A stretch of DNA of 64,000 nt from the IMG/VR virus record IMGVR_UViG_3300027747_002427; one strand, given 5' to 3'. The notes below the pieces were generated by a model that saw only the letters and a program-made list of their open reading frames with translations, had not been told where the DNA came from and made no database searches. A program made the translations under genes and the position numbers. The stretch is from a virus (lineage: Duplodnaviria > Caudoviricetes). Shown here piece after piece: positions 19,142 to 28,955 of the stretch (within the stretch, counting starts at the first letter, position 1; each line of letters begins with the position of its first letter).

Positions 19142-19792
19142 CGAATGATTTTTCAACTCTTCTATAATAAAATTTTTGATTTTTTTTGTAGCTTCTTTTA
19201 CAAAGCTTTTAGTTTTAGGAGAATTATGATATCTGGTTCTTATAGCATTTAAATTATTAAAAATGTTAGGCGCCCAAATAGCTTGTTCATCCTCGCTCAT
19301 ATTAGAAAGAGAAGATGTATTTCCTAGTTCCATTATACTATAAGGATTAATATTATGCTCCCTATAATGTTGTGTCCAGGCTGGCATTCTTCCAATTTTA
19401 TATGTCAAGTATTGATCCAAGTTGATATTATTTGCAAGGCAGAATACAGCAATAAATCGAAGACTTTCTTTAATTTTATCAAATTGTTTTTCTGGTGACT
19501 GATCTTCTAATTGTTGATGATAGAGGCTATAAGCTCTAATAGCAGCTCTTGTTGTAAAGAATTTAAGAGGAGGACATTTCTCTTCTGGGTGTAATCCGCG
19601 AGGTGCACCAAAGAATTCATCCCATTTAATATGAGGAAATTTAGAGAAGAAGTTATACATTCTTCTTAATAAGACAATATTTTCAGAAGTTATATCTGAA
19701 AAGTCTTTTCTCGGTTGATACGGCAAACCATTACGAAAATGTTTAAGAAAACAATTGTAAATGTCTTGCTCTACTTTATTCAGTTGGTTCAA
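19106..19792 (-). CDS. Hypothetical protein in the gp59 (helicase loader) position
   Basis: TTG start; size and position upstream of gp32 match T4 gene 59, but motif support is weak. Confidence 0.5.
   Translation of the reverse strand: MNQLNKVEQDIYNCFLKHFRNGLPYQPRKDFSDITSENIVLLRRMYNFFSKFPHIKWDEFFGAPRGLHPEEKCPPLKFFTTRAAIRAYSLYHQQLEDQSPEKQFDKIKESLRFIAVFCLANNINLDQYLTYKIGRMPAWTQHYREHNINPYSIMELGNTSSLSNMSEDEQAIWAPNIFNNLNAIRTRYHNSPKTKSFVKEATKKIKNFIIEELKNHSTQYNIKQTNTN
19130..19156 (-). promoter_or_regulatory. sigma70-type promoter TTGAAA-N15-TATAAT (or N17-TAATAT) for gp32
   Basis: Read from reverse complement; -10 box lies 36 nt before the ATG. Confidence 0.55.
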
Positions 19793-20093
19793 TGTCTTTC
19801 TTTTTTTTGTTGAGTTTGGATCGGAAAATCTTTTTATAGATATTAGGCGTACTTCCTAAATAGGCACGCATAATATTTTGGAGACTATAATCACCTAATA
19901 TTGCGAAGTATAATTTTTGTGTCTTTTTATCTTCTATTAAGAATTTAAGGAAATTCAAGTAATTAAATTTCTTGCCCCTAGCTATACAAACGAAAGAAGC
20001 AAATTTCATAGTAATATCTTCAAATTCAGAAAGGTCAAACACATCCGAAGGATTGCTTGTTTCTTCAATTTGTTGTGAAGAGGTTATAATCAT
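19776..20093 (-). CDS. Hypothetical protein
   Basis: ATGA overlap with the DHH gene. Confidence 0.7.
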   Translation of the reverse strand: MIITSSQQIEETSNPSDVFDLSEFEDITMKFASFVCIARGKKFNYLNFLKFLIEDKKTQKLYFAILGDYSLQNIMRAYLGSTPNIYKKIFRSKLNKKKKDIEPTE

Positions 20094-20986
20094 AATGGTT
20101 TTAAATTTTTAGTAACTTCCATAAAGAGGGGAGTTATTTTACCACCAGCAGCATATTCATGCCCTCCACCTTCACAAATTTTCTCAGCGAAAGCTCCTAC
20201 ATCAATAGGATCTTCTTTAGAACATTGTCTTATAGAAACTTTTTCAGTTTTAGTATTTACAAAGAAAAATATATCTGGGGCATATTTTTGAATAAGAAGA
20301 TCCATAACTTGTGGAACTATTCTTTCAACTAAACCGGCACATACTTTCTTTTTCTTATTACCTATATTTATATCTCCCATGAAAATAGGAACCTTGTCTG
20401 CTTCTTGAGAAGCTTCTCTCTTTATAAAATCTACAGCTCTTTTTTGATCTAGAGTAATTTTTTTAAATCCATTACTATAATCTTTAATAAATTCAGAAAA
20501 TTTATTGCGATATTGAGACCAGAAAAGAATATTTAAATCATAAGAATCTGGTATTTGAAGCTTATAAGAATCAAAATCATCTGCTAATGCTATAAGCATC
20601 TTTTGATCTTGAGTTAATTCTGGAGAAGATTCCATGAATAATTTTCTCATTAATAAAGCATTAGACGAATATTCTTTATATAATACTTTAGCTTTTTTAA
20701 ATTTGTTTACAAATCTTTCTGAAGACTTATGGTGATCTATAAAAGTAACATTTTCTTTATCTAAAAAAGGTAAAAATTCATCTCTTAAAGCTAAATCTAA
20801 AACAAAAGTAGTAGGGTTATTGTGAGTATTAGCAAAATGTTCTTTAATTTTAGTTTCTATTTCTAAGTTATTTAAAGGAAAATAATGAAATGTGGCATCT
20901 GGTCTAGCCCACATTAATGTTAGAAGACTTACAGCGCCGTCTAAATCATTGTGTGTAAACACATGGTAACATTTTGACATATTCAT
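20090..20986 (-). CDS. DHH-family phosphoesterase
   Basis: FTHNDLDG, VLDLA, IDHH, DDFD, GGGHEYAAG. Confidence 0.9.
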   Translation of the reverse strand: MNMSKCYHVFTHNDLDGAVSLLTLMWARPDATFHYFPLNNLEIETKIKEHFANTHNNPTTFVLDLALRDEFLPFLDKENVTFIDHHKSSERFVNKFKKAKVLYKEYSSNALLMRKLFMESSPELTQDQKMLIALADDFDSYKLQIPDSYDLNILFWSQYRNKFSEFIKDYSNGFKKITLDQKRAVDFIKREASQEADKVPIFMGDINIGNKKKKVCAGLVERIVPQVMDLLIQKYAPDIFFFVNTKTEKVSIRQCSKEDPIDVGAFAEKICEGGGHEYAAGGKITPLFMEVTKNLKPL

Positions 20987-21010
20987 TATTTAATACCATG
21001 TTACTAACTA

Positions 21011-22399
21011 TCACCCCTCATCATCTAAATTCTCTATAAGATTGAGCGTATCAGCTATACTTTGAATGCCAGTACTAATGGATCCAGGTATGGTTCTTCT
21101 TTGAGAATTAAAAGACTGAGCTACACTATCCGGATCTCTAAGCGTAAGAGTAGGATAATCAATTTCTAATACTGTATGACATTCTCTCGGGCCAAAACGA
21201 TTTTTTGTAATACCTAAATGAATAATACCTAATTCAAAATCTTCTTCTTCTGTCCAAATAGAAAATTGAGCGTCTGCCGTATGAGCAAGTCCCATAGACT
21301 CTGATACGGTTTCTAATCCTGGATTATTCTGATCATAAGCTGATCTATTAGCCTGAGTAGCAGAAATTACTGGACATGAAAAGTGATAAGACAACGCTCT
21401 AATTAATTCTGTTATCTGTTTAATAGCTTCGTATGAATTGGTTCCTCTCTCTGGAGGGGCTACAAGATTAAGATAATCTAATACAATAGCATCTGGTTTC
21501 ACGCCTTTCTTTACTAATCTATCCAAGTAAGCTTTAATCTGAATGGGTGTAACGGATTTAGGAGGAAACTCTTTAATAATAAGTTTCGCATCTTGATGTC
21601 TTAATTTATATGCATTGAGAGAATCTTTAAGAGGGTCTATCTGCATAGGTAAATCGTTCATAGCTATGCGAGACAATGAAGAGCTAATACGTTTTGCATA
21701 AACTTGCTCTGCCATTTCCAAAGTGATTAGGACAACGGTTTTATTCTGACTAAGAATATTTGTAGCTATGTTTCCTAAGAAGATAGATTTACCAACATTA
21801 GTAACACCATAAAATACATATAGTGCTCTACCTTCTGCCATAAAACCACCGCCAATCTTATCATCCAACCATTTCCATCCTGATGGAATAGTTTTGAAAA
21901 CCTTTTGAAGATCTTCACAATGCGCATCAACGGACTCTAGATAATCTAATCCGTAATTTTCTACTAAAGAAATACTACAAGCCTTTTCAAAGTCTTCTAG
22001 AATTTGAGAAGAATTAATTTGACCCGACTGAACATCAATAGATGTTTTAAGAACTGTATTATATACAGCTTTCTCTTTAAGAAATCTTTCTGTATTCTTT
22101 AATAAGACTTCTTTATCGTAATTTTTATCAATATCACTGAAGCTTAAAGCTACATTTCTAAGAGCATCTCGTTTTTCCTGTTCTACAAGATGAACTTTAA
22201 GCTCTGTAATATTAGGAACTTTATTATAAGCTGTATAATAGGTTCCTAAAGCTTCAAATACTGTTCTAATATTTTTGTTTTCAAAATAAGAAGGCTTTGC
22301 ATGTTCTATGATACTTTCCAAATAAATTGGATCCATCAAAGAATTGTAAATTACAATCTTTTCAAAAAGACTAGAATCAATAGGTAAAGCTTTAATCAC
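21011..22399 (-). CDS. Replicative helicase (gp41/DnaB-like)
   Basis: YGVTNVGKS Walker A, ITLEMAE, VLDYLNL, SATQANR, KNRFG; GTG start. Confidence 0.93.
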   Translation of the reverse strand: MIKALPIDSSLFEKIVIYNSLMDPIYLESIIEHAKPSYFENKNIRTVFEALGTYYTAYNKVPNITELKVHLVEQEKRDALRNVALSFSDIDKNYDKEVLLKNTERFLKEKAVYNTVLKTSIDVQSGQINSSQILEDFEKACSISLVENYGLDYLESVDAHCEDLQKVFKTIPSGWKWLDDKIGGGFMAEGRALYVFYGVTNVGKSIFLGNIATNILSQNKTVVLITLEMAEQVYAKRISSSLSRIAMNDLPMQIDPLKDSLNAYKLRHQDAKLIIKEFPPKSVTPIQIKAYLDRLVKKGVKPDAIVLDYLNLVAPPERGTNSYEAIKQITELIRALSYHFSCPVISATQANRSAYDQNNPGLETVSESMGLAHTADAQFSIWTEEEDFELGIIHLGITKNRFGPRECHTVLEIDYPTLTLRDPDSVAQSFNSQRRTIPGSISTGIQSIADTLNLIENLDDEG

Positions 22400-22405
22400 T
22401 CAAAT

Positions 22406-22433
22406 ATAATAGTTAAAAAAGAAAATAAAGCAA
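22406..22433 (-). promoter_or_regulatory. sigma70-type promoter TTGCTT-N16-TATTAT, 6 nt before GTG
   Basis: Read from reverse complement. Confidence 0.55.
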
Positions 22434-22435
22434 TC

Positions 22436-22621
22436 TTATTTGCGACCCCAACTCGTATTATCAAATAAACCTGAAAATCCGTTAGTAGGTTGATTACCTA
22501 CTTGAGCGGGTCTCGGTACTGGAGGATTAATAATTTTTGCAATTTCTTGTATTTCTACATCGTCTTGTAATCTGTGTGGAGGCAGATTGTTTAATATATC
22601 TTTTAGTTGTTGATATGTCAT
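22436..22621 (-). CDS. Small hypothetical protein
   Basis: Fills the gap between queD and the helicase promoter. Confidence 0.6.
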   Translation of the reverse strand: MTYQQLKDILNNLPPHRLQDDVEIQEIAKIINPPVPRPAQVGNQPTNGFSGLFDNTSWGRK

Positions 22622-22624
22622 AAA

Positions 22625-23140
22625 TTATACTCCCGGTCTTTTAGAAATAAGATTAGGATTTCCTAATCCATTATAGGTAACAGATTGTACGGTTACTGGT
22701 TTTGGTTTTTCATAAAGAGCTGAATTATTTTCATGCTCAAATACTTCAACCTTTTCTACCCAGCAACGATCACCATATACTGAATTAATATATTCTTGGG
22801 TTGTATTAAAACACCATTCTGCTGTTCTTTCAATACCAACACCCTTAGGCATGATACGAAGAACACAAGCACCTAATTGATCAAGTTCTTTAAACTTTTC
22901 CAAATGAGGATCATCTGCTGCAATACAAAGAGTATGATCAAATTGATCATTAAGAATTTTCTTAAGATCTTTAAGACCTCCAAAATCTACAACCCAATTC
23001 TTTTCATCTAATTCTTTACAACCAAACCAGAATTTAGCTTTGAGTTGATACCCGTGAAGATATTGACAATGACTATGCTTTGCACCATATTGACGAAAAG
23101 CACAAGAACCTAATTCAATTATCTTTGTTGATGTATACAT
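22625..23140 (-). CDS. queD: 6-carboxy-5,6,7,8-tetrahydropterin synthase
   Basis: SCAFRQ..SHCQYLHGY...WVVDFGGLK...FDHTL...VFEHENNSA; start revised to MYTSTK. Confidence 0.9.
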   Translation of the reverse strand: MYTSTKIIELGSCAFRQYGAKHSHCQYLHGYQLKAKFWFGCKELDEKNWVVDFGGLKDLKKILNDQFDHTLCIAADDPHLEKFKELDQLGACVLRIMPKGVGIERTAEWCFNTTQEYINSVYGDRCWVEKVEVFEHENNSALYEKPKPVTVQSVTYNGLGNPNLISKRPGV

Positions 23141-23141
23141 A

Positions 23142-24317
23142 TTAATTTTCTTCCTCTTCTGATTCAATTGAAGTATAAACTAATTCTGGCTTCTCTACAA
23201 CAACTTCTTCTTCAATTAAAGAGTCATTATTGAAACAAAGTTTGGTCTTCAATTTCTCTTCTAATGCTGGAAGAATCTTGTTCCATACATTGATGTCTGT
23301 TTTCCAATCCTTAAAGAATCCTAAGACCTCACCATTAAAAGTATGACGATGTCCGGCTTTTTCAAGAACCTCATAACCTTCACACATCTCAAGTAATCCA
23401 GAATACTTGTTAAGACCAGTGCGGAAATTAAGATACATTTCTGTCTCAAGATAAGGAGGTACAAAACGATTCTTTGTAGTAAGGGCTCGAAGTGTTAAAC
23501 CATTGATATCTTTTGATAAAGGTGTAACATCGGTGTTAGAATCCTTATTCTTACTATCACTTGATCTCTCTGCTTTCTTAGCCATCTGAACGATAACCGA
23601 AGCCATATAAAGAGGGCCTGAACCACCAGCCTGCTTCTTAATAGCTGAAGGATGAAGCTGGGATGGATCTTCGTAAATATGATTAGTAAAGATAACTGGA
23701 CAATTAGCTTTTGCAGCTGAATGGGTAATAGCTCTCATCATACTCTTCAAAGCCTTTGCTCTATTTCCCATGTCTGGTGTATCACTACCTTCATCGATCT
23801 TTTTCTTTTCTTGAGTAGTAATAAGATTACCTAGAGAGTCAATAACAATTAAAACCTTGCCGTGCAATTTATTTGCTATAACTGTATCAAGAAATTTAAC
23901 AATTTGATTGCGACAAGACTCTGTAATCTCTGTAGGTATATGCTTAATCTTAGAAGGATCACAACCAAGTCTAGCTGCTGTAGCTTCATCTAATGCTCCT
24001 TCTGTGTCGAAATATGCAATATGCATACCCTTCTTTTGAGCATTAGCCATAACCTTATTACACATTAATGTCTTACCACAAGATTCTGGTCCAATAAATC
24101 CTGTAAGTCTTCCCATAGGGACACCACCATAGATAGAACCGGATATAATAGCATTTAATGCCATTGATCCTGTATCGATCCAATCCTTAACCGTAGATAA
24201 ACTATTTTCATCTAGATAAGCTGCTTCTGGATTTAAATCTTCTAAAATCTTAAAAGCGTCTTGAATAGATCCACTTGTTTCTTCTACTTCTTCTGTATTT
24301 TTCTTTTTGTATGCCAT
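23142..24317 (-). CDS. uvsX: UvsX/RecA-like recombinase
   Basis: IDTGSMALNAIISG, GPESCGKT, FDTEGA, IDSLGNL, FTNH, GGSG; start revised to MAYKKK. Confidence 0.92.
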   Translation of the reverse strand: MAYKKKNTEEVEETSGSIQDAFKILEDLNPEAAYLDENSLSTVKDWIDTGSMALNAIISGSIYGGVPMGRLTGFIGPESCGKTLMCNKVMANAQKKGMHIAYFDTEGALDEATAARLGCDPSKIKHIPTEITESCRNQIVKFLDTVIANKLHGKVLIVIDSLGNLITTQEKKKIDEGSDTPDMGNRAKALKSMMRAITHSAAKANCPVIFTNHIYEDPSQLHPSAIKKQAGGSGPLYMASVIVQMAKKAERSSDSKNKDSNTDVTPLSKDINGLTLRALTTKNRFVPPYLETEMYLNFRTGLNKYSGLLEMCEGYEVLEKAGHRHTFNGEVLGFFKDWKTDINVWNKILPALEEKLKTKLCFNNDSLIEEEVVVEKPELVYTSIESEEEEN

Positions 24318-24324
24318 ATAAAAT

Positions 24325-24352
24325 ATTATAACAAAAAACCTCAGAAAGTCAA
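24325..24352 (-). promoter_or_regulatory. sigma70-type promoter TTGACT-N16-TATAAT, 7 nt before uvsX ATG
   Basis: Near-consensus; read from reverse complement. Confidence 0.75.
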
Positions 24353-24370
24353 TTGACAATCTGAGGTTTT
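24333..24370 (-). terminator. Intrinsic terminator hairpin (AAAACCTCAGA-N14-TCTGAGGTTTT plus U-tract)
   Basis: 11-bp perfect inverted repeat followed by 6 T on the minus strand, 27 nt after the stop of 24398-24784. Confidence 0.75.
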
Positions 24371-24397
24371 CCTGGTTTCTTTTGATCAGATTACGAT

Positions 24398-24784
24398 TTA
24401 CTCATCAAAAAGATTAATTACACTACTGTTAGTACCACCTGATGCTGGAGCGGATGGCGGGACAAAAACATTGCTCTTGTTGAACATCTGGCTATACTGA
24501 GCACTCAAGCGAAAATCAATAGCTTCAATGTCAGTTTCTGTGATACTATCCTTCTTATAAGAAAAGATAACGTCGCCAGTCTTGTCGGGCAAAAATTCTC
24601 TAAAAAAGATTGGAAGTAATTGAACTGACATTCTTCCGTTCTGATCTTGAGGAACTACGTTAAGAACAACTGGGTTCTTAAGTGCCAAGATTGTGTCGTT
24701 TGTCTTGTCTGCTACGACTTCACCTAAAATGGTGCGGCCTACAGTATCAAGGATGGTTGTTAGGGTTGTTGTTGTTTCGCTCAT
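24398..24784 (-). CDS. Hypothetical protein (small beta-rich, possibly Sm-like)
   Basis: Has its own promoter and terminator. Confidence 0.75.
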   Translation of the reverse strand: MSETTTTLTTILDTVGRTILGEVVADKTNDTILALKNPVVLNVVPQDQNGRMSVQLLPIFFREFLPDKTGDVIFSYKKDSITETDIEAIDFRLSAQYSQMFNKSNVFVPPSAPASGGTNSSVINLFDE

Positions 24785-24792
24785 AAAAATAT

Positions 24793-24820
24793 ATTATATC
24801 GAATCTTGCTCATTAGGCAA
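24793..24820 (-). promoter_or_regulatory. sigma70-type promoter TTGCCT-N16-TATAAT, 8 nt before ATG 24784
   Basis: Read from reverse complement. Confidence 0.65.
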
Positions 24821-25465
24821 CTCCGATTTCCAATTTAATGCTTCTGAAATATTAGGAAATATTTCAACAAAAGTATCTTTAATAGCTAGAGCTATTTCTC
24901 GATGTTCCTTTTGTGTATCTTCTTTTGTTCTTAAATCAATATAATGTACCCAGCTTCTTACATTACCACTCATATACATTGTAGTCTGAGTGCATTGAGG
25001 TAAAACCATTCTAGCACATTCCTTTGCTGCTCCCTTTTCTAAAAGATTTTCATAAAGAGTGGCTCCAGCTACAAGATATTGCTTTATAGCTTCTGTGCTT
25101 TCTTCATTTAAATCTAGAAGATCTGTACTTGATTGCCTATTCTTTTCGGCTTGTTTTCTGATTTCAAAAGATTCAAAGTCTGTAATATTGCTATATCTTT
25201 GACTAAACTCTTGGAAAGAAAAACTACGGTGCCTTAAAATTTGTGCTGCAATAGCTCTTGAAGTCTTAATTTCAAAAGTCATACTAACCATTTCAAAGGG
25301 ACTCCAGTGTTTATGGTCTATTAAATATTTTAATAATTTAGGAGCTGTTTGTGTATTAGCTTGATTAGACGGATTAGACACCCGTGCACAATAACTAATA
25401 AAATCTTCTGGGGATAATATCCCCTCAATTACTGGTTCTGTGATGCTTACTATTTTTACTTGCAT
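24794..25465 (-). CDS. thyX: Flavin-dependent thymidylate synthase
   Basis: HWSPFE, QILRHRSFSFQEFSQRY, ARMVLP, RSWVHYIDLR, TQKEHR. Confidence 0.95.
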   Translation of the reverse strand: MQVKIVSITEPVIEGILSPEDFISYCARVSNPSNQANTQTAPKLLKYLIDHKHWSPFEMVSMTFEIKTSRAIAAQILRHRSFSFQEFSQRYSNITDFESFEIRKQAEKNRQSSTDLLDLNEESTEAIKQYLVAGATLYENLLEKGAAKECARMVLPQCTQTTMYMSGNVRSWVHYIDLRTKEDTQKEHREIALAIKDTFVEIFPNISEALNWKSELPNEQDSI

Positions 25466-26325
25466 AAAATATTCTCCTTAAAGAAATTAATATTCTCTTC
25501 TACACATTCTAATTGCATATCTGATACTTTTTTGTCAAAAATATCTACCATTTTTTCTACAATTTTATGTTCTAAATTAACTGCATATTCATAACTCTTA
25601 AGATTATAACCCATTAATACTGGATGAGATGTATCTATAGTCTCAATAAAAGAATAAAGATCTCCTGTATAATTTATAAATTCTGTAGGTAATCCACAAC
25701 CTAATAAATGATGGGATTTTGTATAATCTATAACCCCATCATCAATTAATTGTTTCAATAGCTTGGGTCTAAATGTAGCAAATGCTGTTGGTTTCCATAC
25801 TTCTTTAATTCTTTTTTCATTGTTTTTGGAATTATAAAGCAATGCTAAATCAAAATCATTCTTTGCATTTTCTAAAGCTTGCTGCCAATAATAGTCATAT
25901 CCAAAGCTAATTGCTATCTTATCTGCATGTTGTGACATGAATAAATAGGAATCTTTTAATTCCTGGTAATTTTTTCCCTGGACAACTCCTATGCGTTTGC
26001 CTCTTGCAGAATGTGTATCAAATTTACCTAGGAACTCTTCAAAACTTTTAATATTGGCTTCATAATCTTGAAATACATCAGGAATTATATACTCATCTGG
26101 CTCTAATTGCAGAACCCAATTAAAAAATAACTCATGATTATAAGCTTCACCAAGCTCATAAAGACTATTATCTAAAATAATTTTGCGTCCCATTTCTTTA
26201 GATTCAAAGAAAAAGTCTCTATATTCTTCACTTTCCTCTAGAAGATGAACTAAAGCATAGTCATAATCCGTTAAAGAACGGACTTCTTTCATTATTTGTA
26301 ATGGTGCTTCGTGTGCTACTAACAT
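25456..26325 (-). CDS. TGT-fold (DpdA-like) base-exchange enzyme, putative DNA 7-deazaguanine transglycosylase
   Basis: TIM-barrel pattern IILDNS..ELG / IIPDV / IGVVQG / HLLGCG / IDTSHPV aligns with TGT DSGG, QG, LMGVG and FDCV motifs; folE2/queD/queE nearby. Confidence 0.65.
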   Translation of the reverse strand: MLVAHEAPLQIMKEVRSLTDYDYALVHLLEESEEYRDFFFESKEMGRKIILDNSLYELGEAYNHELFFNWVLQLEPDEYIIPDVFQDYEANIKSFEEFLGKFDTHSARGKRIGVVQGKNYQELKDSYLFMSQHADKIAISFGYDYYWQQALENAKNDFDLALLYNSKNNEKRIKEVWKPTAFATFRPKLLKQLIDDGVIDYTKSHHLLGCGLPTEFINYTGDLYSFIETIDTSHPVLMGYNLKSYEYAVNLEHKIVEKMVDIFDKKVSDMQLECVEENINFFKENILCK

Positions 26326-26335
26326 AATTTTGTAA

Positions 26336-26363
26336 ATTATATACTATAAACCTAACAAATCAA
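26336..26363 (-). promoter_or_regulatory. sigma70-type promoter TTGATT-N16-TATAAT, 10 nt before ATG 26325
   Basis: Read from reverse complement. Confidence 0.65.
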
Positions 26364-28920
26364 ATAGATCTGTCTGTGTTTCTGCTCCCATTGTAGGTAA
26401 ATCCCATCCAATACAGTCATAAACTCTCTGAATTGGTGGAGATACTATCTTGTCAAACATGACTTGGTGGTTAATTTTAATATGCTCATTGAGTTCTACA
26501 GGATAGTGATCCATAAATGCCATGACCTTATAGTTAAAAGGGTTTTTAGCCGCATAGAAATATTTCATCTTCATACCACTTGGAATAGATTCGTACAAAT
26601 GATCTATTCCATAATGTTTTAATAGATTGTTATAATGTATTGCTGCCTTAGCATGAATAGGTGTACCCTTACCAATCTTACCATCCTTATCTATTTTAGC
26701 TTCTTGTTTTTCTATATCTGAAATTTTACTTCTGATAGCAAGTTCTTCTGCTTTCATTTCTTTGAAACTTTCATAAGCCTCTCTAAAGATTTCATTAGAC
26801 TTCTTTTTATCTTCTGAAAGCATTGCAAGTTCAATTACATTTTTAATTAAACCTTTAACTTCATTAGAAATAGATGAGCGTGCTACTTCTACACCGACAT
26901 ATTTAAATGGATCTTTTGGAGTATAACCTTCTTTATCTAGAATATGAAGAATATATCTTTTCTTTTCCATGAACAATCCTACATCACAAATAGTCTCTTG
27001 CTTGAAAACAAATCGTGGATCTGATGATTTTAATTGTTCTCTAGCCCAAACAAGAATTTCTGTATTAAGATAATTGTCAATTTCTTTGGTTACATTTCTT
27101 GCTTCTTCTGTTAGTTTACCATCTTTAACCAAATCAATACCTAAATGAGTAAGAACTGGTTGAATAGAAAAATATGCTGAGTCTGTATCACCATAAAGAT
27201 ATATCTTTTCCTTTTCTACTTTACATCCTTTCTTAATTGCATAATCATAAACAATCTCTGCTGCTTGTTTAACTACAGACTGACCGGTCAATGTAATACT
27301 AGCGGAGTGGTCTATGTCAAAAAGAGGGGAATACTTTTGTGCAAATACTCCATAGATAGAATTCAATACAAGCTTATAAACATTCTGTTGAGTATCTAAA
27401 TTAAGAATCTCTTGTTCTATCTTATCCTTTTCTTTCTTATCTTTAATGGATGGTAAAGATTTCTCTCTTTTAATCATTTCATTCTTTGCATCAACACGCT
27501 CTTTATACAAGCGATCAATGAGGTTAGGAATGACTCCTTTAAACTTTTGTGTATACAATACGTTATATTTGGATATTGAAAGATTTTCTTTTTGGACAAG
27601 CTTATTAAACTTCTCTTCTGAAAGAGTTACAGTCTTCTCATTAGCCAATTTTATAGTGTATTGCTTGTCTTCAATAGTAGATATTTTACCTATTTTTGTC
27701 TCAGGAGATATATTAAGAGTAATAATAGTATTAGGATATAGACTGTTTGCATCATAACTAACAACAGACTTACTTAACCCTCTCTCTGGCTCGTGGACGT
27801 AACCTCCTACATATTCATCTCTTACGCCATCGTTCTTAAATGTAGGAATAACATAACCTTGAATAGCTGCTTGATGTGCTACAGCTCCGGTAATCATAGA
27901 TACCTTACCCATAGCTTGTTCAAAAGGAATGAATCCTTTGTAAGAAAGTGTTCTTACAAGCTTTATAAATTTGAGCTTCTCATCCAACTTAACAAGAATT
28001 CTTACGTCTTGTATATTATAGTCTACAAATTTACTCCAATCTTCTACAGATAATTGAGCCAGGTTGGATACCCCGGTGTCAATCTTTCCTTCTTTTAATT
28101 CATATTCTCCTACATAATTCAAAGAATAAGATTCACGTTCTCCTCTTGAAAAGGTTTTATAAACCTCCATATAATCAATGTTACTAACACCTCGGATATA
28201 CCAACGATTGATCATCTTGCCGAATTTATTCATGGCTACATTCTCTCTATAATAAAGAGAATTAACTGGTGAAAGCCTCGCAGCATCTTCTTCACCAAAA
28301 AGATTATGAAGACGATTCATAATATAAGGAATATCAAATCCTTCACCATTCCAAGTACTAAGAATATCTGGAGGATCCTTCTCCCAGAATTCTATAAATC
28401 CTTTAAGCATTGCTGTCTCTGTAGGATAATAAAAATAAGTTACATCTTTATCCGTAGGAGTATAAGGCTTGATACCAAAAGAATAATATTTTTGCTTTAT
28501 ACTATCATAAAGAGTAATAAGATTAATAGGATCTTTAGCTAATTCTGGAACTGGAAACTCATTTGGTGAATAGGTTTCAATATCCAAAAAGTAAACCTTA
28601 AGTGGATTTAAACCAAAGTCTATCTTATTGACATCATCTTTATATGTAGACAATAAGAAATCTTGTTCGCAACTAAGATTATGAAATAATCTTTTTATAG
28701 GAGTCTCATTAACAAATTTACTTCTATCAAACTGATTTTTAAATTTAACCTTCTTTAATGGTGTGTTAAAGATCGAAGTAGCATCATGAGCTGAAGAAGA
28801 CTCAATATACAAATGAGGCTCATAATCAGCCACAAGCTTAATCCTATTACCATTCTCATCCCACGTCCAGAGATGAATGACTCCTTGTCTTCCATCATAG
28901 AAAATATTTCTCCACGCCAT
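26344..28920 (-). CDS. polB: Family B DNA polymerase (gp43-like), no intein
   Basis: ExoI DIETYS, ExoII WNGEGFDIPY, ExoIII YNIQD; pol motifs YDANSLYP, KLVLNSIYG, YGDTDS. Confidence 0.97.
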   Translation of the reverse strand: MAWRNIFYDGRQGVIHLWTWDENGNRIKLVADYEPHLYIESSSAHDATSIFNTPLKKVKFKNQFDRSKFVNETPIKRLFHNLSCEQDFLLSTYKDDVNKIDFGLNPLKVYFLDIETYSPNEFPVPELAKDPINLITLYDSIKQKYYSFGIKPYTPTDKDVTYFYYPTETAMLKGFIEFWEKDPPDILSTWNGEGFDIPYIMNRLHNLFGEEDAARLSPVNSLYYRENVAMNKFGKMINRWYIRGVSNIDYMEVYKTFSRGERESYSLNYVGEYELKEGKIDTGVSNLAQLSVEDWSKFVDYNIQDVRILVKLDEKLKFIKLVRTLSYKGFIPFEQAMGKVSMITGAVAHQAAIQGYVIPTFKNDGVRDEYVGGYVHEPERGLSKSVVSYDANSLYPNTIITLNISPETKIGKISTIEDKQYTIKLANEKTVTLSEEKFNKLVQKENLSISKYNVLYTQKFKGVIPNLIDRLYKERVDAKNEMIKREKSLPSIKDKKEKDKIEQEILNLDTQQNVYKLVLNSIYGVFAQKYSPLFDIDHSASITLTGQSVVKQAAEIVYDYAIKKGCKVEKEKIYLYGDTDSAYFSIQPVLTHLGIDLVKDGKLTEEARNVTKEIDNYLNTEILVWAREQLKSSDPRFVFKQETICDVGLFMEKKRYILHILDKEGYTPKDPFKYVGVEVARSSISNEVKGLIKNVIELAMLSEDKKKSNEIFREAYESFKEMKAEELAIRSKISDIEKQEAKIDKDGKIGKGTPIHAKAAIHYNNLLKHYGIDHLYESIPSGMKMKYFYAAKNPFNYKVMAFMDHYPVELNEHIKINHQVMFDKIVSPPIQRVYDCIGWDLPTMGAETQTDLFDLLGL

Positions 28921-28928
28921 ATTAAGAT

Positions 28929-28955
28929 ATTATACTACCTTAATACCATTTTCAA
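28929..28955 (-). promoter_or_regulatory. sigma70-type promoter TTGAAA-N15-TATAAT (or N17-TAATAT), 6-8 nt before polB ATG
   Basis: Read from reverse complement. Confidence 0.55.

Noticed and set aside
3603-28920. Inteins or introns in TerL, helicase, UvsX or PolB
   Set aside because: Lengths are normal, motifs are contiguous, and there are no C...HN splice signatures or LAGLIDADG blocks.
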